A stretch of 64,000 nucleotides of DNA from a virus: positions 64,001-128,000 of IMG/VR virus record IMGVR_UViG_3300037104_000796; one strand, written 5' to 3'. Below are positions 60,453 through 64,000 of this stretch, in pieces. The number at the start of each line of letters is the position of its first letter. Within the stretch, counting starts at the first letter, position 1. The notes beneath the pieces are model-generated. The model worked only from the letters and a program-made list of their open reading frames with translations. It had not been told where the DNA came from and did not search any database. The translations under genes were made by a program, and so were the position numbers.

Positions 60453-61328
60453 TTATTTTACGTCGTAACTTTCAGGAAGTCCGAGTTTTTCTTTTAATTT
60501 TTTGTTATAAGCCTGTGCATCTTTATTAGCCACATCAGGAGAGTAATAATGAGCTGGTTTCTTTTTATCAGAATTCATTATCATCATATATGATACTGTT
60601 CCTGCAGCTATACATCCTGTGAGAACACCTATTTCAAATCCACCTGCTGTAGTTCCTGCTTGGTGTAAGAATGGTTTCTTAACAAGCATATCTGCTATTA
60701 ATGTACCACCTATAAGTAAACTACCTAAAAATACGCCTGCTCCAATATTTGTCATTTTTGTTATTCTAGCATTATCAGCAGCATTTCTTTGTAATATTGG
60801 CTGATTTCCTGCTAAAGTAGCTAAACTCATTTCACTTATTTCTTTAACACCACCTTGAATAATCTTAAAATCAGATACTTGGTTTGTAACAGTATTAGAA
60901 CTACTATAACCGTAATATCCGTAATAACCTGGGTACATTGAGCTTTTTCCTGTAGTTGTGCTTACATTTTTGGTTGAGAAAACAACTTCTAGTTTAGAGT
61001 TATTATATTCTTGACGTTGAGGAGTTTTTGCTTCCATCACTTTTTCTTGTACCTGACCAGTATTTTTAATAAGAACTGTAGTTGTTTCTCCAGCTTTTAT
61101 TTCTACTAAGTCACCATATACACTTACAGTTCCAAGAAGTACTTTAAGATAATGACTTCCAACTGGTACAGCTTTGATTTCTTTCACATCTGTTCCTTGT
61201 TTTGCATCATCAAGATATACAGAGATTCCGGTCAATTCAGAAAAGACTTTAAGCGTGCCGGTTTTCGTCTGACTGAACAGAGAAAGACTTAAAATCATTA
61301 ATAATAAAATACTTGCTAATTTTTTCAT
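60453..61328 (-). CDS. Exported PEGA-like domain protein with C-terminal TM hairpin
   Basis: Signal MKKLAS...LFSQ; GTLKVFSE...VYLD...VGSHYLKV. Confidence 0.7.
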   Translation of the reverse strand: MKKLASILLLMILSLSLFSQTKTGTLKVFSELTGISVYLDDAKQGTDVKEIKAVPVGSHYLKVLLGTVSVYGDLVEIKAGETTTVLIKNTGQVQEKVMEAKTPQRQEYNNSKLEVVFSTKNVSTTTGKSSMYPGYYGYYGYSSSNTVTNQVSDFKIIQGGVKEISEMSLATLAGNQPILQRNAADNARITKMTNIGAGVFLGSLLIGGTLIADMLVKKPFLHQAGTTAGGFEIGVLTGCIAAGTVSYMMIMNSDKKKPAHYYSPDVANKDAQAYNKKLKEKLGLPESYDVK

Positions 61329-61356
61329 TTGTTTAATTTGTTTAATTTGTTTGTTT

Positions 61357-62376
61357 TTAATATTGATAATTGTTAATTTTGATTTTTTTGTCATGTGCTT
61401 CCTTTAATAAAGGCGCATATTCATATCCGACTCCTACTACCATAGCTTTTGTATATGCTATCATTAAAGTTGCTACGTTTCCATTTGGAATTATCCAAGC
61501 TGTTTTTATAGTAGCTTGATGTTTTTTTATTGCTTCAACTTCACGTCCATCACCATCTTTATAGCCTCCAGTAAAATCTCTTTGAATTGTTGTAGGTTGT
61601 CCGTAAGTGGATAATAACGTTTCATTTATTTCATTATAGTCGGATACTGGTATGCTAAGTTTATCAACTTTTTGTTGAACTAAATCTATAGCAACATATC
61701 CTACGATAATATTGAATAATTTGTCATCGAGTAATCGAATTTCAAGAAAAAATGGTTTCTGAGTATTGTTATCCATAGAAAAGGTTATAAATCCCTTTCC
61801 TTGACCAATGTATACACCACCAAGTTGATTAATTATGAGATTACTAGCAGTGACTCTATCCATTCCCCAAGCTAATCCGAAAATACCATCCATATCAGGA
61901 GATAATTTTCCATCTACTTGCCCTATATTAATGACTTGACCAATATCAGTCAACAGTTCTTCTTTAGGCACATATGAATCAGGTTCGTCAGTAGGTGGAT
62001 CAATCTTAATAGAATTAGAATTAGGATTATAAGTAACCACTCCTGTATTTTCCTCTTGTTTTGCAATTGGCTTTACAATTGGTTTTTCACCCGTTTTGTT
62101 ACTAACTCCTTTAATAAGAACAGTAGTAACTTCACCAATTTTTATTTCAACGATTTCACCATAAATAGCAGTACCATTTGATAAAGCTTTAAGATAATGG
62201 CTTCCAACTATAACATTGGTTATTACTTTTGTGCCATCTTCCTGTTTTACTTCATCAAGATATAAAACAGTGCCGGGCACTTCGGTAAAAATTTTAAGTG
62301 TGCCCGTTTTGGCCTGGCCAAATAAGACAGACACACTTAATAATACCAATGCCAAAAAACATAACGTTTTCTTCAT
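61357..62376 (-). CDS. Exported PEGA-like domain protein
   Basis: Signal peptide; N-terminal domain paralogous to 60453..61328. Confidence 0.7.
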   Translation of the reverse strand: MKKTLCFLALVLLSVSVLFGQAKTGTLKIFTEVPGTVLYLDEVKQEDGTKVITNVIVGSHYLKALSNGTAIYGEIVEIKIGEVTTVLIKGVSNKTGEKPIVKPIAKQEENTGVVTYNPNSNSIKIDPPTDEPDSYVPKEELLTDIGQVINIGQVDGKLSPDMDGIFGLAWGMDRVTASNLIINQLGGVYIGQGKGFITFSMDNNTQKPFFLEIRLLDDKLFNIIVGYVAIDLVQQKVDKLSIPVSDYNEINETLLSTYGQPTTIQRDFTGGYKDGDGREVEAIKKHQATIKTAWIIPNGNVATLMIAYTKAMVVGVGYEYAPLLKEAHDKKIKINNYQY

Positions 62377-62395
62377 TTGTGTTTGTTTTTAAAAA

Positions 62396-62752
62396 TTAAT
62401 TACATTTTGAACATGAAGAATAACCACCTGCATGACATGCATCAGCAGATGAAAAACATTTATTACCACCTCTCCAAGGTGTACTACCACTGCAACCATT
62501 ATTGCAACCAGTGCCACCGCCGCCACCGCCGCCAGCACAACAGTATACGCCGGCAGCGCCTGAACTACAGCCAGAACCTCCGCTATGTGATGGAGAACCA
62601 CCACCCGGACAAGAATAACAACTGCCATCGTTACCAGCTAATTCGCCAGTGCCGCAAACAGGTTCGCATCCAACAAGACCCCAAATAGTAAAAGCTGATA
62701 ATATCAGTCCTAAACTAAATGTTACTAAAATTTTTAATAATTTTGTTTTCAT
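62396..62752 (-). CDS. Cys/Gly-rich exported (lipo)peptide
   Basis: Hydrophobic leader ending in LVGC, then 12 more Cys in a Gly/Ser-rich region. Confidence 0.75.
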   Translation of the reverse strand: MKTKLLKILVTFSLGLILSAFTIWGLVGCEPVCGTGELAGNDGSCYSCPGGGSPSHSGGSGCSSGAAGVYCCAGGGGGGGTGCNNGCSGSTPWRGGNKCFSSADACHAGGYSSCSKCN

Positions 62753-62784
62753 TTTTTTGATTTGTTTAATTTATTTTTGTTTAT

Positions 62785-63744
62785 TTATTTATTGTTTATA
62801 TTTGCTATTACGCTTTCGAATACGAAAGGAGATGAGAGTTGTCCAGATGCAACTATTTTTATTGTATCATGTTCCACATAGAATGCAGTTGGATAAGTGA
62901 ATGTTAGTTTATCCATTGCATTAGAACTTAATATAGTGACAGGAAAATCCTGTTTAAATTTATCTTCAAAAATAAGTCTATCTTTATCATTTCCTACTGT
63001 TAATATTATAACACTGTCAACAACATTAGTTTTAATGAAACTCCTTAAATTTTCAATTGAGTTCCAACAATAAGGACATGTGTATGAAAAACAGAAAATT
63101 AAATATGTACTATCTTTTGATGTTTGAACATATTTATTGAATTCTGTGTTTTTGATATTTTGGTTTTTCATTTTCATTTCTGGTTCTTCAACATTGATAA
63201 ACCTGGTTGTTTGTGCAAATAATGGAGAAGAAGTTGTCTTACCTGATATAAAAGTAAAAATAATCAAAGACGATATAAGTATATATTTTTTCCAACTTGG
63301 AGTAATTCTACATCTCAGAGTTTTAGGATATAATTGCCATACACTCAATGACATTATTATCAATATAACATTGCGAATAAATGAAAATAAAGGTGGAAAG
63401 TTTGTGTTTTTGATAGCCCCAAAACATCCACAATCATTAATTCCATGTGCAAAGTGTGCATAAGCAAATAATGCGGTAAACACTACCAACATACCGAGTG
63501 AAATTATTGAATCTCTTTCAGGATTAACTAATAAAAGTAATGAGAATCCTAATAGTATTTCAAATAAAATAATTACGGGAGCTAATGGAGCAAATAATCC
63601 CAATCCATATTGTCCGATAAGAGCAGTAAATGCAGCTACATCAATAGCCTTTCCGATTCCTGAAAAAATGAATATCGCTCCAATCATGATTGAAATAACA
63701 TTCAAAGTTTTCTTATCAAAAATACTTTTAAGAAATGTGTTCAT
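62785..63744 (-). CDS. MauE/DoxX membrane domain fused to a thioredoxin-like domain
   Basis: FIFSGIGKA, EILLG, DCGCFG, RN; C-terminal FSYTCPYC. Confidence 0.85.
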   Translation of the reverse strand: MNTFLKSIFDKKTLNVISIMIGAIFIFSGIGKAIDVAAFTALIGQYGLGLFAPLAPVIILFEILLGFSLLLLVNPERDSIISLGMLVVFTALFAYAHFAHGINDCGCFGAIKNTNFPPLFSFIRNVILIIMSLSVWQLYPKTLRCRITPSWKKYILISSLIIFTFISGKTTSSPLFAQTTRFINVEEPEMKMKNQNIKNTEFNKYVQTSKDSTYLIFCFSYTCPYCWNSIENLRSFIKTNVVDSVIILTVGNDKDRLIFEDKFKQDFPVTILSSNAMDKLTFTYPTAFYVEHDTIKIVASGQLSSPFVFESVIANINNK

Positions 63745-63787
63745 TTGTATGTATTTAATGTAATTTAATGTAATTATGATTCGTCAA

Positions 63788-64000
63788 TTATTTTTTTCAA
63801 GTCTGATGCAGCAAGTTCAATGTTATTGTAAACATCAATAATCATATCAGAGTTAAACACTTTGCGTGTAAATTTTGAAGATTTAACACCTTGATCATGA
63901 CCAGTATCGAATGCATCTACAATTGTTTTGTAAGTTGCTTCAAGAAGACCATCGTTAACATTATCAGGAATCCCTGCACTTCTTAAAACATGTGTGTATT
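63788..64000 (-). CDS. Partial ORF (5' end outside the window)
   Basis: Open frame ...DVYNNIELAASDLKK ending in TAA at 63788. Confidence 0.5.

Noticed and set aside
62377-62688. His/Arg-rich plus-strand ORF and Val/Ala-rich alternate minus frame
   Set aside because: Shadows of the Cys/Gly peptide gene, which has a signal peptide and fits the operon
1-64000. Alternative genetic code (stop-codon recoding, as in some large Bacteroidota phages)
   Set aside because: Core genes are intact and densely packed in code 11; TAG and TGA are used as real stops (e.g. 24380, 14464)

Overview
This 64-kb window is part of an AT-rich, T4-like (myovirus/jumbo-type) phage genome read in the standard genetic code, with almost all genes on the minus strand. 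Recognisable core genes: portal (gp20), gp2, gp4, late sigma gp55, gp15-like tail completion, DinG-like helicase, gp46/gp47, gp41 helicase, UvsX, the C-terminal half of a split family-B DNA polymerase, sliding clamp and both topoisomerase II subunits, plus eight free-standing homing endonucleases. The right third is accessory: Pth2 paralogues, NADAR, DUF932, SiaC, a methyltransferase-like gene, lipoproteins, PEGA proteins, and MauE-thioredoxin next to a Cys-rich peptide. These genes and the promoter and start-site style suggest a Bacteroidota host (inference). The most striking unexplained structure is a two-tier peptide tag: a (L/I/V/F)-x-E motif resembling a T4 prohead-protease site, followed by KFxE(D/E)(S/G)DP(I/V)xD(M/L)GIG. 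The full tag occurs 20 times in 12 ORFs, including 8 times inside one 913-aa polyprotein, always ahead of a short variable cargo domain. The first tier alone heads several more ORFs, including the methyltransferase-like protein. I interpret this as a candidate modular virion-packaged, protease-processed effector system. Three intergenic motif classes (putative early, middle and late promoters) can also be read from the sequence. All protein assignments come from motif recognition by eye; no database search was run.
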